Shown: piece by piece, positions 1 to 10,221 of the stretch
Layout of the letters: each line of letters begins with the position of its first letter
How positions within the stretch are numbered: position 1 is the first letter of the stretch
NCBI GenBank assembly: GCA_029558735.1
Contig: JAKQDP010000038.1
Span: forward strand, 1 to 60,494
Direction of reading: 5' to 3'
Origin: a bacterium
GTDB lineage: Bacteria > Patescibacteriota > Patescibacteriia > 2-01-FULL-39-33
Length of the DNA: 60,494 bases
Notes under the pieces: model-generated
The model's database searches: none
What the model was told of the DNA's origin: nothing
The model's input: the letters and a program-made list of their open reading frames with translations, nothing else
Made by a program: the position numbers and the translations under genes

Positions 1-537
1 GGCGAAGCAGTCACCCTGACTGCCCAAGCCGACGAAGGCTGGGGCTTTGACCACTGGACTGGCGATTTGGCCGGAACCGACAACCCGAGTGTCATCACTA
101 TGGATGGCAACAAGGAGGTCGACGCCGCCTTCAGCCAAGAACCGCCGGAAGAGGAAGGTGAAATAATCGTTGACCTGACTTGGGCTAACGGAACCTTGGG
201 TTTCACGGCTCGGCTGGGCAACGGTTATCCGGCGAACGGCTTCAGCGGCGTTGCCACTGAAGCCCAAATCCAAACAGTCGGCTTGGAACTGTATCATTTG
301 GCTGGTGGCGCACCCTGGATAGAGCGCGACACCTTCACCTTTAATGGGTGGCCGGTAAACGGAACGATTACCAAATTCCGTTTTGCCGACTCGCCAGTAC
401 TACGCTTTGAGGTGGTCGCCAACGCCATTAACGGCTATGGCGACATCTCCAAATTGGTTGTGCGGCTCAATGGAGAGCTTGTCCCTCGGGTGACCAATCC
501 CGAAGGCCAGACAGCTTTCCAGATTGAGCTGGAATAG
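1..537 (+). CDS. C-terminal part of a secreted/surface protein with an InlB B-repeat-like domain (5' truncated by window edge)
   Basis: Frame 1 is open from base 1: GEAVTLTAQADEGWGFDHWTGDLAGTDNPSVITMDGNKEVDAAF, a typical divergent InlB B-repeat pattern; stop at 535-537. Confidence 0.75.
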   Translation, partial: GEAVTLTAQADEGWGFDHWTGDLAGTDNPSVITMDGNKEVDAAFSQEPPEEEGEIIVDLTWANGTLGFTARLGNGYPANGFSGVATEAQIQTVGLELYHLAGGAPWIERDTFTFNGWPVNGTITKFRFADSPVLRFEVVANAINGYGDISKLVVRLNGELVPRVTNPEGQTAFQIELE

Positions 538-547
538 CACATTTACT

Positions 548-584
548 GGGCAGAGGAGCAAATGCTCCCCTGCCCTCTTTTTTT
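548..584 (+). terminator. Rho-independent terminator
   Basis: GGGCAGAGGAGC-AAAT-GCTCCCCTGCCC hairpin followed by a T tract. Confidence 0.8.
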
Positions 585-621
585 ATCCAAAATTAAACAA
601 AAAAATATTAATATTTATCTA

Positions 622-650
622 TTGACAAAAAGCTTGAAATATGATAAAAT
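622..650 (+). promoter_or_regulatory. sigma70 promoter of the glycosyltransferase gene
   Basis: TTGACA-17 bp-TAAAAT, about 30 bp upstream of ATG 682. Confidence 0.7.
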
Positions 651-681
651 TTATAGTTAAATTAAAACACTTTAAGCTAAT

Positions 682-1827
682 ATGAAAGTTGCATTTATTG
701 GTCAAAAAGGTATTCCGGCCCAACAAGGCGGAATCGAAAAGCATGTGGAAGAGCTTAGCGCCAAATTGGCCCAGGCCGGTCTTAATGTAACTGTTTATTG
801 CCGGTCCCATTATACGGGCAATAACAACAAATCATTTGCGGGAATTAGAACAATCAATCTGCCTTCGCTAAAAACCAAAAACTTAGATGCTATTTCCCAT
901 ACTTTTTTGGCGACTCTTCATGCTTTATTTCAAAATTACGACATTATCCATTATCATGGCGTTGGACCGTCGCTATTGTCATGGCTACCGAGAATTTTCG
1001 CTCCCCAAACCAAAGTGATTGCCACTTTCCACTGCATAGACCGAAAGCACCAAAAATGGAGCCGTTTTGCCAAGCTGATGCTAAAAGCCGGCGAATGGGC
1101 GGCTTGCCGTTTTCCCCATCAAACCATCACTGTTTCCCAGGCATTAAAAAAATATTGCCAACAGAATTTTAATCGAGAAACGACCTACATTCCCAACGGC
1201 GTTAGTATTACTCACAACGAAAACGAGAAAATTTTAGCCAATTTTGATTTAAAACAAAATAACTACTTTTTGGCTGTCTCTCGTCTGGTTCGGCATAAAG
1301 GCCTGCACACCCTGATCAGAGCTTACCAACAAATCACTACCGATAAAAAATTGGTTATCGTCGGCGCCGGCACCAATACTGACAGTTATGTTGACTACCT
1401 GCGCCAATTAGCTAAGGACAACAACAAGATTATTTTTACCGGCCAACAATCCGGTGCGAATCTGGAAGCGCTATTTAGAAACGCCTATCTATTTGTTCAG
1501 CCGTCAGAAGCCGAGGGGCTATCTATCGCCCTTCTGGAAGCAATCGCCTATGGCACACCAACTCTAATCAGCGACATTGAAGAAAATCTAGAAATTGCTA
1601 AAGGCTTAGCCAAAGAATTCAAAAATAAAGATATTGCCGGTCTGGCCCAACAATTAAGCTGGTCAGAACAAAATCAAGAAGCCATCAAAACTCAAGCCGC
1701 TGAAGCGGAAAAAATCATTAATCAAAAATATAATTGGCAACAAATAACCAAGGCCACCATTGCTCTCTATCAGCAAGCACTAACCAGTAAAAATCCCCGC
1801 CGGCTCTTAACGGCCGCTTTCAAATAA
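682..1827 (+). CDS. Glycosyltransferase family 4 (GT-B)
   Basis: MKVAFIGQKGIP..GGIEKHV N-terminus; SRLVRHKG and PSEAEGLSIALLEA (EX7E) motifs. Confidence 0.92.
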   Translation: MKVAFIGQKGIPAQQGGIEKHVEELSAKLAQAGLNVTVYCRSHYTGNNNKSFAGIRTINLPSLKTKNLDAISHTFLATLHALFQNYDIIHYHGVGPSLLSWLPRIFAPQTKVIATFHCIDRKHQKWSRFAKLMLKAGEWAACRFPHQTITVSQALKKYCQQNFNRETTYIPNGVSITHNENEKILANFDLKQNNYFLAVSRLVRHKGLHTLIRAYQQITTDKKLVIVGAGTNTDSYVDYLRQLAKDNNKIIFTGQQSGANLEALFRNAYLFVQPSEAEGLSIALLEAIAYGTPTLISDIEENLEIAKGLAKEFKNKDIAGLAQQLSWSEQNQEAIKTQAAEAEKIINQKYNWQQITKATIALYQQALTSKNPRRLLTAAFK

Positions 1828-1857
1828 ATACCCTGGCCAATAAAACTTTTTATGGCT

Positions 1858-1895
1858 AAAAATCCCCGCCGCCCAAGGCTAGCTGGGGATTTTTT
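1858..1895 (+). terminator. Probable terminator
   Basis: AAAAATCCCC...GGGGATTTTT inverted repeat with T tract. Confidence 0.55.
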
Positions 1896-2025
1896 AATTG
1901 CTAATAAGCGCCTAACCCTCAAAAAAAATTATGCCAACTACCGTTATTAGATATTTCTGTTTGGACTTTACAGATGATTTTGTGTTATAATAAATAACAA
2001 TTAAACAACTTAAGGTGACAAACTA

Positions 2026-3753
2026 ATGATCAATCAAAAAGATTTGGAAGAAATCCTGCTCCAAAACAAAATCTTGACAGAAAAACAAATCAAAGAGACC
2101 AAAAACAAAGCCAAAAAACTTGGAAAAATTTTTGAGGAATATTTACTGGAGCAAAAAATCATTTCACCGGAACTGCTATATGAAACCGCGGCTAAATATT
2201 ATGACCTGCCTTTTATCGAATTAAAAAATAAAACCATCAGAAAAGACATCTTGGAAATTGTTCCGGAAATCACCGCCCAGGCCCACCAAACTGTGGCCTT
2301 TGATAAAAATAAAAAAGAATTACTGGTGGCGACCCTGGATATTTCCAATATTGAATTGTTTGACTTTCTCGGTAAAAAAACTCAGCTGGAAATTAAAATC
2401 CATATCACTTCCCCCAAGGATATCCAGGAAGTTTTAAAACAATATCATAAGGGTTTAAGCGCCGAATTTGAAGAAATGGAAAAAGATTCTCAAGCCGACG
2501 AAAATGAAAAACCGGAAAACCTAAAAACGCTAGCTCAAGACTTGCCGATTGTCCGGATTGTCGACACTTTGCTGGAATACGCGATTTTAGAAAAAGCTTC
2601 GGATATCCATATTGAACCATCAGAAAAAGAAGTTACGGTTCGTTACCGCATCGACGGCGTTTTAAGAAATGTAATGACCTTGCCCAAAAACACCCACGCC
2701 GGCGTGGTCGCCAGAATCAAAATTCTTTCCAGTCTCAAATTGGATGAACACCGCTTACCCCAAGACGGCCGATTTAAAATCAAAACCGACACTTACCAGG
2801 TATCGTTTCGTGTTTCTATTTTACCCACCTTTGACGGCGAAAAAGTGGTAATGCGGTTGTTGCCAGAACAAAATAACCAACTATCGCTGGAACAATTGGG
2901 ACTTCAAAAGCAATCACTGGAAATAGTCAGGCGAAACATTGAAAAGCCCCATGGCATGATTTTGGTCACCGGCCCGACCGGCTCCGGCAAAACCACTACC
3001 TTATACACTATTTTGGCGGCGCTCAACAAACCAGCGGTAAATATTTCCACCATTGAAGATCCGATTGAATACCGGATGAATGGCATCACCCAAAGTCAAA
3101 TCCAACCTAAAATCGGCTTTACTTTCGCCACCGGCCTAAGGGCGCTATTACGTCAAGACCCGGATATTATTATGGTCGGCGAAATTCGCGACACTGAAAC
3201 AGCCGAAATTGCCATTAATGCCGCCATGACCGGGCATTTAGTCTTGTCCACCCTGCACACCAATGATGCGGTGACCACCATCCCTCGGTTCATTGATATG
3301 AAAATCCCCACCTTCCTAATCGCCTCAACCGTTAATGTTATTGTGGCCCAACGACTGGTGAGAAAAATTTGTAAAAATTGCATTGAGAGTTTTAATCTGG
3401 ACAAAAAAACCATTGACGAATTAGAGCAACAATTCAACCTGAAAAAAATGGAAAAAAACCTGTCTGACCATGGCTACTTGGACAAGAAACAAACCATTGA
3501 GTCGATTTTATTTTATCGTGGCAAGGGCTGTCAGCAGTGCGACAATACCGGCTACAAAGGCCGGCTTGGTATTTATGAAACCTTGGAAGTAGACGAAGAA
3601 ATTTCCCAAATGATTGTCCAAAAAGCCTCCCGAGACGAATTGGCTCAAAAAGCCACTGACAAGGGTATGATGACTTTGCTCCAAGACGGCTTTATTAAAG
3701 CCAAAAATGGCATCACTACCATTGAAGAAGTATTAAGAGTCACTCAAGAATAA
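2026..3753 (+). CDS. pilB: Type IV pilus assembly ATPase PilB/GspE
   Basis: ASDIHIEP, Walker A GPTGSGKTT, LRQDPDIIMVGEIRD, TGHLVLSTLHTN and tetra-Cys motif. Confidence 0.95.
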   Translation: MINQKDLEEILLQNKILTEKQIKETKNKAKKLGKIFEEYLLEQKIISPELLYETAAKYYDLPFIELKNKTIRKDILEIVPEITAQAHQTVAFDKNKKELLVATLDISNIELFDFLGKKTQLEIKIHITSPKDIQEVLKQYHKGLSAEFEEMEKDSQADENEKPENLKTLAQDLPIVRIVDTLLEYAILEKASDIHIEPSEKEVTVRYRIDGVLRNVMTLPKNTHAGVVARIKILSSLKLDEHRLPQDGRFKIKTDTYQVSFRVSILPTFDGEKVVMRLLPEQNNQLSLEQLGLQKQSLEIVRRNIEKPHGMILVTGPTGSGKTTTLYTILAALNKPAVNISTIEDPIEYRMNGITQSQIQPKIGFTFATGLRALLRQDPDIIMVGEIRDTETAEIAINAAMTGHLVLSTLHTNDAVTTIPRFIDMKIPTFLIASTVNVIVAQRLVRKICKNCIESFNLDKKTIDELEQQFNLKKMEKNLSDHGYLDKKQTIESILFYRGKGCQQCDNTGYKGRLGIYETLEVDEEISQMIVQKASRDELAQKATDKGMMTLLQDGFIKAKNGITTIEEVLRVTQE

Positions 3754-3756
3754 TCT

Positions 3757-4854
3757 ATGAATAATAATAACGACAACCCCAAAACTCCTCTCAAATCAAA
3801 AGACCTGGCATTTTTTTTAAAAATTCCGGTTTCGGCCAAAATTTTCTTTCTGCAAAACTTATCCGTAATGATCAAAACCGGCATTCCCTTGGCCGATGCC
3901 TTAAGAACCCTGGGCGAACAAACCAAAAACAAAAAACTCCAGGCCATTTTGCTGGCAGTTTATGAAAAAATCAAAAATGGCTCAACTTTTGGCGAAAGTA
4001 TCGAACAATACAAAAAGGATTTTGGTGAATTATTTATTAATATGATCAAGGCGGGCGAGGCGTCCGGTCGGCTGGAAGAATCACTCAATGAATTGTATCT
4101 CCAAAGCAAAAAAGATCATGAGTTGAAGATGAAAGTCAGAAATGCCCTAACTTATCCGGTGGTGATTATTATTGCCATGATCGGCATTGTCATTTTTTTG
4201 GTAATTTTTGTCTTACCGAATATTACCGCCCTATTTAAAGATTTAGATGCCGAATTACCCATCGCCACCAGAATTGTCATTGCTGTCAGTGATTTTTTCC
4301 AAGCCCATTCCATTGTGGTCGGCTTAAGTTTAGTGGTCGGGCTGACTATTTTCATTAAATTTATTCACACCAAAACAGGCAAAAAAGTCTTCGACCGCTT
4401 GTTTTTAAAATTACCAATCATTTCTCCCATTATTCAAAAAATCAACTTGGCCAGAATGTCGCGCAGCTTAAGCTCTTTAATTAAAACCGACATCGCCATT
4501 GTGGAAACTTTCAATATTACTTCTCGAATAGTGGGCAATACTATTTATAAAGAAACTTTGCAAGAGGTGGCCGAACAGCTGAAAAAGGGCCAAAAAATCG
4601 CTGAAGTAGCTAAAAAATATCCTCATGTTTTTCCACCGGTCATCACGCAAATGATTAGCGTTGGCGAGGAAACCGGCGCCTTGGACGAGGTCCTAGAAAA
4701 CCTCGCTAATTTTTATGAAGACGAGGTGTTCCAAACAATGAATACTCTGCCAACTATTATCGAACCAATCTTAATGCTCTGCATTGGTTTTGGGGTGGCG
4801 ATTATCGCTTTAGCCATCTTAATGCCCATGTATTCCTTAACGGAAAGCCTGTAA
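3757..4854 (+). CDS. pilC: Type IV pilus platform protein PilC/GspF
   Basis: Two T2SSF domains (AGEASGRL, VGEETGAL), ALTYP and IEPIL motifs; directly follows pilB. Confidence 0.93.
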   Translation: MNNNNDNPKTPLKSKDLAFFLKIPVSAKIFFLQNLSVMIKTGIPLADALRTLGEQTKNKKLQAILLAVYEKIKNGSTFGESIEQYKKDFGELFINMIKAGEASGRLEESLNELYLQSKKDHELKMKVRNALTYPVVIIIAMIGIVIFLVIFVLPNITALFKDLDAELPIATRIVIAVSDFFQAHSIVVGLSLVVGLTIFIKFIHTKTGKKVFDRLFLKLPIISPIIQKINLARMSRSLSSLIKTDIAIVETFNITSRIVGNTIYKETLQEVAEQLKKGQKIAEVAKKYPHVFPPVITQMISVGEETGALDEVLENLANFYEDEVFQTMNTLPTIIEPILMLCIGFGVAIIALAILMPMYSLTESL

Positions 4855-4858
4855 GACC

Positions 4859-5320
4859 ATGACTCACCTACTCCCACAATACCGCCGCCGTCAAACTGGC
4901 TTTACTTTAATTGAGGTGGCCATCATTTTGTCGGTAATCGGCATTATTGCCCTTGTTAGTCTGCCGGTTTATCAACAAATCCAGCCCAATATCAGCCTCA
5001 ATTCAGAAATAAGAGAAATTGTTTCTAATTTGCGTTACGCTCAACAATTGTCCGTCACCGAACAAAAAAAATATGGCATTGTCTTCAATCAGGGCTCCAA
5101 TAACTATGCCCTAAAAAATACCGACACCGGATCAATTATCAAAAATTTTGAAATCCGGTCACAAATCACCATTGCCGATATTTCCGGCTTTACTGATAAT
5201 ACGGTAATTTTTAATGTCGCCGGCGCTGTTTTAGAAAGTGGTACCATCACGATTACCAATTTACAAAATGAACAAAATATCATTGAAATTAAGCCGTCAG
5301 GTTATGTTAAAATCAAATAA
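4859..5320 (+). CDS. Prepilin, FimT/GspH-like minor pilin
   Basis: G|FTLIE class III signal followed by hydrophobic helix and LRYAQQ motif. Confidence 0.88.
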   Translation: MTHLLPQYRRRQTGFTLIEVAIILSVIGIIALVSLPVYQQIQPNISLNSEIREIVSNLRYAQQLSVTEQKKYGIVFNQGSNNYALKNTDTGSIIKNFEIRSQITIADISGFTDNTVIFNVAGAVLESGTITITNLQNEQNIIEIKPSGYVKIK

Positions 5321-5729
5321 TCAACGGGGGCTGACTTTATTGGAAGCGGCCATTGCTATTGCCGTCTTATTAATCGGCGTCTTAACTATTGTTCAAATTT
5401 TCCCTTTATCTTTCAAACTGGGCAAAACCGCCGAACAAACAACCATGGCGATTAACCTGGCTCAAGCAAAAATCGAGGAACTGTTTTATTTGGGTTATGA
5501 TAACCTTGTTGTCGGCACCGTTGAACCTAAGCACCGACTTGCTGCTGATTCAACTAATCCGTTTTATCACTATCAGCGACAAACGGACATTGAGTATGTT
5601 GACCAAAACCTTAATTACTCGGCCGGGGAAACTGGACTAAAAAAAATCACCGTAACAGTCTACTGGTATCACCCCCTCTTAAAGAATGAGAGCAGTCAAG
5701 AAACTATAATTCTAATCAGTAAAAAATGA
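5304..5729 (+). CDS. Prepilin, PilV-like minor pilin
   Basis: G|LTLLE prepilin motif; start reassigned to ATG 5304 (MLKSNNQRG). Confidence 0.85.
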   Translation: MLKSNNQRGLTLLEAAIAIAVLLIGVLTIVQIFPLSFKLGKTAEQTTMAINLAQAKIEELFYLGYDNLVVGTVEPKHRLAADSTNPFYHYQRQTDIEYVDQNLNYSAGETGLKKITVTVYWYHPLLKNESSQETIILISKK

Positions 5730-6289
5730 TTAACCATAAACAGGGCTTTACTTTAATCGAACTAACCATTGCTATCAGTGTTTCTGTTTTGTTGCTGCTA
5801 GTAGTCACGGCCACCTATTTAGTCGGCCAAAAAACCTACAACCAAACCGATTCCCGAGCGGAAATCATTCAAAACGGCCGGGTGATTATTGACCGGCTAT
5901 CCCGAGAAATAAGACAAACCAGCGATATTATCACAGAATTGCCGCCCAACAACAACGCTCCGGAAATTTTGCCCGACGGACTGACTTTTCAAGATGGACA
6001 CGAGACTAATCAAACCAAATACATCCGCTACTACTTGGAGGATCACGCCATCAAAAGACAGGAAATTATCTACTATTTTCCGGACGTGCCCGACACTTAT
6101 GTCTACTGGCACGAGACAAATCAGGAGGGCAACCCGCCAATAATGAAAATTACCGACGACCGAATTATTGGCGAATATATTGATGATATAGAATTTTGGG
6201 GGGATAAATTGATTAATATTAATCTGTATCTAAGCAAAAACGAAGAGACCCAAATAATTAATACCGCTATTTATGGCCGCAACCTCTAA
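5726..6289 (+). CDS. Prepilin, PilW-like minor pilin
   Basis: G|FTLIE motif; RLSREIRQ helix. Confidence 0.87.
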   Translation: MINHKQGFTLIELTIAISVSVLLLLVVTATYLVGQKTYNQTDSRAEIIQNGRVIIDRLSREIRQTSDIITELPPNNNAPEILPDGLTFQDGHETNQTKYIRYYLEDHAIKRQEIIYYFPDVPDTYVYWHETNQEGNPPIMKITDDRIIGEYIDDIEFWGDKLININLYLSKNEETQIINTAIYGRNL

Positions 6290-7502
6290 CAATCGAGGGT
6301 TTATTTTGGTTACTTCATTATTGGTAATGGGTCTATTACTATTACTGGCGACTTATGTGGTCAGTTTTATGATAACAGAATTTAAAATATCGTTAAGCCA
6401 AACCACCGCCACCAAAACTTATTACTTAGCCGAGAGCGGCATTGCTGAAGCGATTTGGCGAATAAAATACGACCCGATTTGGAAAGCTGGTTTTGAAACA
6501 AATCCCAATTGGACTATTACTTATACCCATGATCCGGCCCTCTACCCTAATGGCGCCTACCAGATTCAAATCACCAATTTCGGCCGGGCCCGAGGAGAAA
6601 TAATTGCCACTGGCTTTATTGAAAATAACGGCCAAATAGCTCAGCGGGTCGTTAAGACTTCTATTTATAAAGCTTTGGGCGAAAGCGTAGTCGGCAATAA
6701 CGGCGAATACGCTGACGGCAATATCGACGTTTCCGGCTCAGTGATAAATGTTCATAACGGCAGTCTATTTGCCAATAATAATCTTATCGTTAATTTTTAC
6801 AGCGTGATTAATACTGATGATACGGTGAGCGCGGTGACTAACATCAACCAGCATTGGACATCTGGTATTAACGCTCCCGGCGGCATTTTTTCTCCGGAAA
6901 ACCCACCTGCTCCCGAGCCAATTCCGATGCCGGCTATCTCCTTTGACGATATCAACGATCCCAATTCTTATATTAACCAAGCCGACCAAATTTATACCCA
7001 AAATCAATTTGCCGACCTGTTATGGAACAACCAAAATCTGACTTTAAATGGCATTACCTATGTAACCGGCGACATTGACATCAAGGGCGGCCAACAGCTA
7101 ACCATTAATGGCACCTTAGTGTCGGAAGGCGACGTTGAGGTGGGAAAAAACACTATTCTGTGCTGCTGGGGCGCTCGATGCGGCTTATCAAATATAACCA
7201 TTAACCGGCCGGCCGAACCAGAAATTCCCTCGGGGTTGTTGGCTCGGGGAAAAATCGATTTCGAGTTTTGTTTGGGAAATCTTAATGCCCACGGCTTGAT
7301 TTACGGCACCGACCAAATCAGTATCCTGAGTATTCCTCAACAATTTGAAGTGCTAGGAGGATTAATTTCCAGAAAAATGACCTTGACCAGTGTTTGGCAG
7401 GGCATTAATATCACTTTTGACAATGAAGTTATTAGCTATACCATTGGCAATCCTCAATACGCGCCAGTAGTGACCGTGGAACATTGGGAAGAAGAATATT
7501 AA
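6273..7502 (+). CDS. PilX-like minor pilin with large C-terminal domain
   Basis: RG|FILVT without E5; YYLAESGIAEA PilX N-terminal motif; ends in WEE. Confidence 0.82.
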   Translation: MAATSNNRGFILVTSLLVMGLLLLLATYVVSFMITEFKISLSQTTATKTYYLAESGIAEAIWRIKYDPIWKAGFETNPNWTITYTHDPALYPNGAYQIQITNFGRARGEIIATGFIENNGQIAQRVVKTSIYKALGESVVGNNGEYADGNIDVSGSVINVHNGSLFANNNLIVNFYSVINTDDTVSAVTNINQHWTSGINAPGGIFSPENPPAPEPIPMPAISFDDINDPNSYINQADQIYTQNQFADLLWNNQNLTLNGITYVTGDIDIKGGQQLTINGTLVSEGDVEVGKNTILCCWGARCGLSNITINRPAEPEIPSGLLARGKIDFEFCLGNLNAHGLIYGTDQISILSIPQQFEVLGGLISRKMTLTSVWQGINITFDNEVISYTIGNPQYAPVVTVEHWEEEY

Positions 7503-7613
7503 TTACAAAAATTATAAATTCAAAATTTCAAATTTCAAAATTTTATTATTTATATTTATGATTTTATCCTTTTCCTGCTATAATGATAATGAACTAATTA
7601 TTTTTAATATTTA

Positions 7614-8705
7614 ATGTCATTTTTTGAAACCAAGGAAACCGCCTTTGGCTTGGATATTTCTGAACGCAATCTCCGCCTGATTCAACTTAAAAAAAGAGGG
7701 AAAAAAATTGTTGTCCAATCATACAACGAAATAAAGCTTCCCCCCCAGTGCCTTGAGGAAGGAGAAATTAAACAACCTCAAGCCTTTTTGAATTCGCTTC
7801 ATAGGCTGACCAAAACCAAACAAGGCCGGGGCCGGTTAAGCGCCGAACTGGTTGGCGTTTTACCGGAGCGAAAAACTTTTCTCAAACTTATTGAACTGAC
7901 GCCGGACAATGACACCAAACCAGAAAAACCGGCTGACCAGCCCGCCGACATTGAAAAAAAAATTAAAAAAATATTGCCCGAGCATATACCAATTGACATT
8001 GATAATGCTTATATTGATTGGCAACTCATCAAAGAATGTCCGACTGGTCAGACTGTTTTGGTCGGCGTTTGTCCCCAAAATATTATTGATTCCTACGTCG
8101 ATATTTTTGCTCAGGCCAATTTGATTCCAACCGTCCTGGAAATAGAGGCGGCGGCCATTGCCCGGGTGGCCATTACCGAAGACAAAGAAAATGACACCCA
8201 AATAATCATTGATATTGGCGCCAATCGAACCGGCCTATTTCTTTATGACCAAGGAGTGATTAAATTCACTATTACCCTGCCCATTTCCGGCAACCAAACC
8301 ACCCAAATGATTATGGAAACTCTGGATTTTGATTTTGACAAAGCAGAAAAAGCCAAGATTATTTGCGGTTTGGACCGCCATAAATGCCACGGGGCGCTGC
8401 TAGAACTTTTTGCCGAAACCATCGACCAGCTTCAAAGCCACATTCAAAGAGCGATTGACTACTATCAAAGTAATTTTTATGAAACCAGCCCGGTCAGCCA
8501 AATAATGCTTTGCGGCGGCGGCTCCAATTTCATCAATATTGCCGAAATTATCCAAGAAAAAACCCAAATCAAAACCGTCAATTGCGACCCCTGGCATAAA
8601 ATTAAAAATCCCAACCCCAGATATTTTACTCCCCAAAAATCTCAATCTTTCATTACTGCGCTTGGTTTAGCTTTGCGAGGCATTGATTCTAAAAATCTAT
8701 TATGA
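7614..8705 (+). CDS. pilM: Type IV pilus assembly protein PilM
   Basis: FGLDIS, IIDIGA, LCGGGS and ALGLALR actin-like motifs. Confidence 0.92.
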   Translation: MSFFETKETAFGLDISERNLRLIQLKKRGKKIVVQSYNEIKLPPQCLEEGEIKQPQAFLNSLHRLTKTKQGRGRLSAELVGVLPERKTFLKLIELTPDNDTKPEKPADQPADIEKKIKKILPEHIPIDIDNAYIDWQLIKECPTGQTVLVGVCPQNIIDSYVDIFAQANLIPTVLEIEAAAIARVAITEDKENDTQIIIDIGANRTGLFLYDQGVIKFTITLPISGNQTTQMIMETLDFDFDKAEKAKIICGLDRHKCHGALLELFAETIDQLQSHIQRAIDYYQSNFYETSPVSQIMLCGGGSNFINIAEIIQEKTQIKTVNCDPWHKIKNPNPRYFTPQKSQSFITALGLALRGIDSKNLL

Positions 8706-9238
8706 TCCAAATCAATCTCAATCTGTTGTCGCCCGAACATAAGAAAGAACTGAAAGTTAAAAGAATTTATATCACCATCAAAGAAATGGTCATGTTAATT
8801 CTGCTCTTTACCTGCATCTCCGCCATTCTGCTGTTATTATCAAGATACTTTTTAGAAGAGCAGTTGGCGATGTTGATGGACAAAAACGCCACCGCCATCC
8901 GAGTCGGCGAAGAAATCAACAAAAAGGTGGTGACTTTTAATGAAAAAATAACCAATGCCTATAATATCCAGCAAAAATCCAAACACTGGTCACAGCTACT
9001 AGTTACAATCGCCACCATCACTCCGGCTGATATCGCCTATAATTCAATAAAAATCTATCCGGAAAAAACCCTGATTGAACTCCAAGGTACGGCCCAAACC
9101 AGACAAGCGCTGATTAATTTTAAAAACGAACTGGATGATAATGACTCCTTCTCGGAAATTGACTTGCCGCTGACTGATTTATTGGCCAAGGAAAATAATT
9201 CTTTTACTCTCAAAGCTAAAATTAAATTAGACCATTAA
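8702..9238 (+). CDS. pilN: PilN-like protein
   Basis: INLNLL PilM-binding motif, single TM helix, position after pilM. Confidence 0.82.
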   Translation: MIQINLNLLSPEHKKELKVKRIYITIKEMVMLILLFTCISAILLLLSRYFLEEQLAMLMDKNATAIRVGEEINKKVVTFNEKITNAYNIQQKSKHWSQLLVTIATITPADIAYNSIKIYPEKTLIELQGTAQTRQALINFKNELDDNDSFSEIDLPLTDLLAKENNSFTLKAKIKLDH

Positions 9239-9243
9239 AAATA

Positions 9244-9774
9244 ATGACTGGCGTCAAAAAAAATTTTATTTTTCCCATCTTAACCATCATCGCCGTCCTG
9301 GTGATAGTTGTTGTTTTTATTATTTATCCCACCCTGACAAAAATAACTACCATCAGTCAAGCTATTATCACTGAACGAATCGATTTGGAAAATAAATTAT
9401 CTTTCGGCATCAACCTGAATAAAGTCCAGAGAGATCTAGAGGACACTGCCGGCCTAGAAAAAGAACTGGAACAAATTTATATCAAAAAAGGACAAGAACT
9501 TGATTTTATTACCCGCTTGGAAAATTTGGCCGAAATCGACGGAGTCAATGTCAATATTGATTATGCCGATTTCAGCGGCAAGACAATCAGTCAAAATATC
9601 CGCGCCATTCCCCTGACAATAAACTTCAGTGGCGACTATAAAAATATTGTTAATTTTTTTCAATCACTCGAAACATTAAAGAATTACTATAATTTAGATC
9701 TGATTGTACTCGCTAAAAATCAACAAAATAACCTAAACGCCCAAACTGTCGGTCAGACTTATTTAATTGAATAA
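9244..9774 (+). CDS. pilO: PilO-like protein
   Basis: N-terminal TM, coiled coil, GDYKNIVNFFQSLE motif. Confidence 0.8.
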   Translation: MTGVKKNFIFPILTIIAVLVIVVVFIIYPTLTKITTISQAIITERIDLENKLSFGINLNKVQRDLEDTAGLEKELEQIYIKKGQELDFITRLENLAEIDGVNVNIDYADFSGKTISQNIRAIPLTINFSGDYKNIVNFFQSLETLKNYYNLDLIVLAKNQQNNLNAQTVGQTYLIE

Positions 9775-9777
9775 AAA

Positions 9778-10143
9778 ATGAAACTCTTCCAACTAAAATT
9801 CAAATTGCCGGCGACCAAAAATTTCTACTGGTTAAAATGCTTATACCCCATCACTATTCTACTGGTAATAATCGGCCTAACTTTGTTGCTGGTTTTCTTA
9901 TACCGCAATGTTTATCTGACACTGTCTCAAGCGGAAATAGTCACCATGCTTAAAAAAGAAACACCGGAACAAAACCTGGAAAAAAATAAATTAATGGAAA
10001 TTATTGAAAAATTAGAGGCAAAATCCACTCCACAACCTAAAATTGAATCAATCAGAAACCCCTTTCTACTGCCGGCGCTAATCGAACCAGTCGCGGAAAA
10101 TAATCCCGATCTGTTGCCAGCCACCACCACGCCCGAAAATTAG
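9778..10143 (+). CDS. Small membrane protein, PilP-like position
   Basis: Single TM and RNPF motif; last gene of the operon. Confidence 0.6.
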   Translation: MKLFQLKFKLPATKNFYWLKCLYPITILLVIIGLTLLLVFLYRNVYLTLSQAEIVTMLKKETPEQNLEKNKLMEIIEKLEAKSTPQPKIESIRNPFLLPALIEPVAENNPDLLPATTTPEN

Positions 10144-10168
10144 CTGACCAAAAAAACTTTTTCAAATT

Positions 10169-10200
10169 AAAACGGCCCCCAACTACCGGAGCCGTTTTTT
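10169..10200. terminator. Bidirectional terminator between the pil and isc operons
   Basis: AAAACGGC...GCCGTTTT between convergent genes. Confidence 0.6.
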
Positions 10201-10221
10201 AAAAAAACTTTTTTTCTGATA

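Noticed and set aside
1788-1871. Short direct repeat TAAAAATCCCCGCCG at the end of the GT4 gene and in its terminator
   Set aside because: Only two 15-bp copies with no associated element; probably a local duplication.
7501-7545. AT-rich quasi-repeats (CAAAATT/CAAATTT) between pilX and pilM
   Set aside because: Irregular low-complexity sequence; it could be a heptamer-array scar but cannot be distinguished from background.
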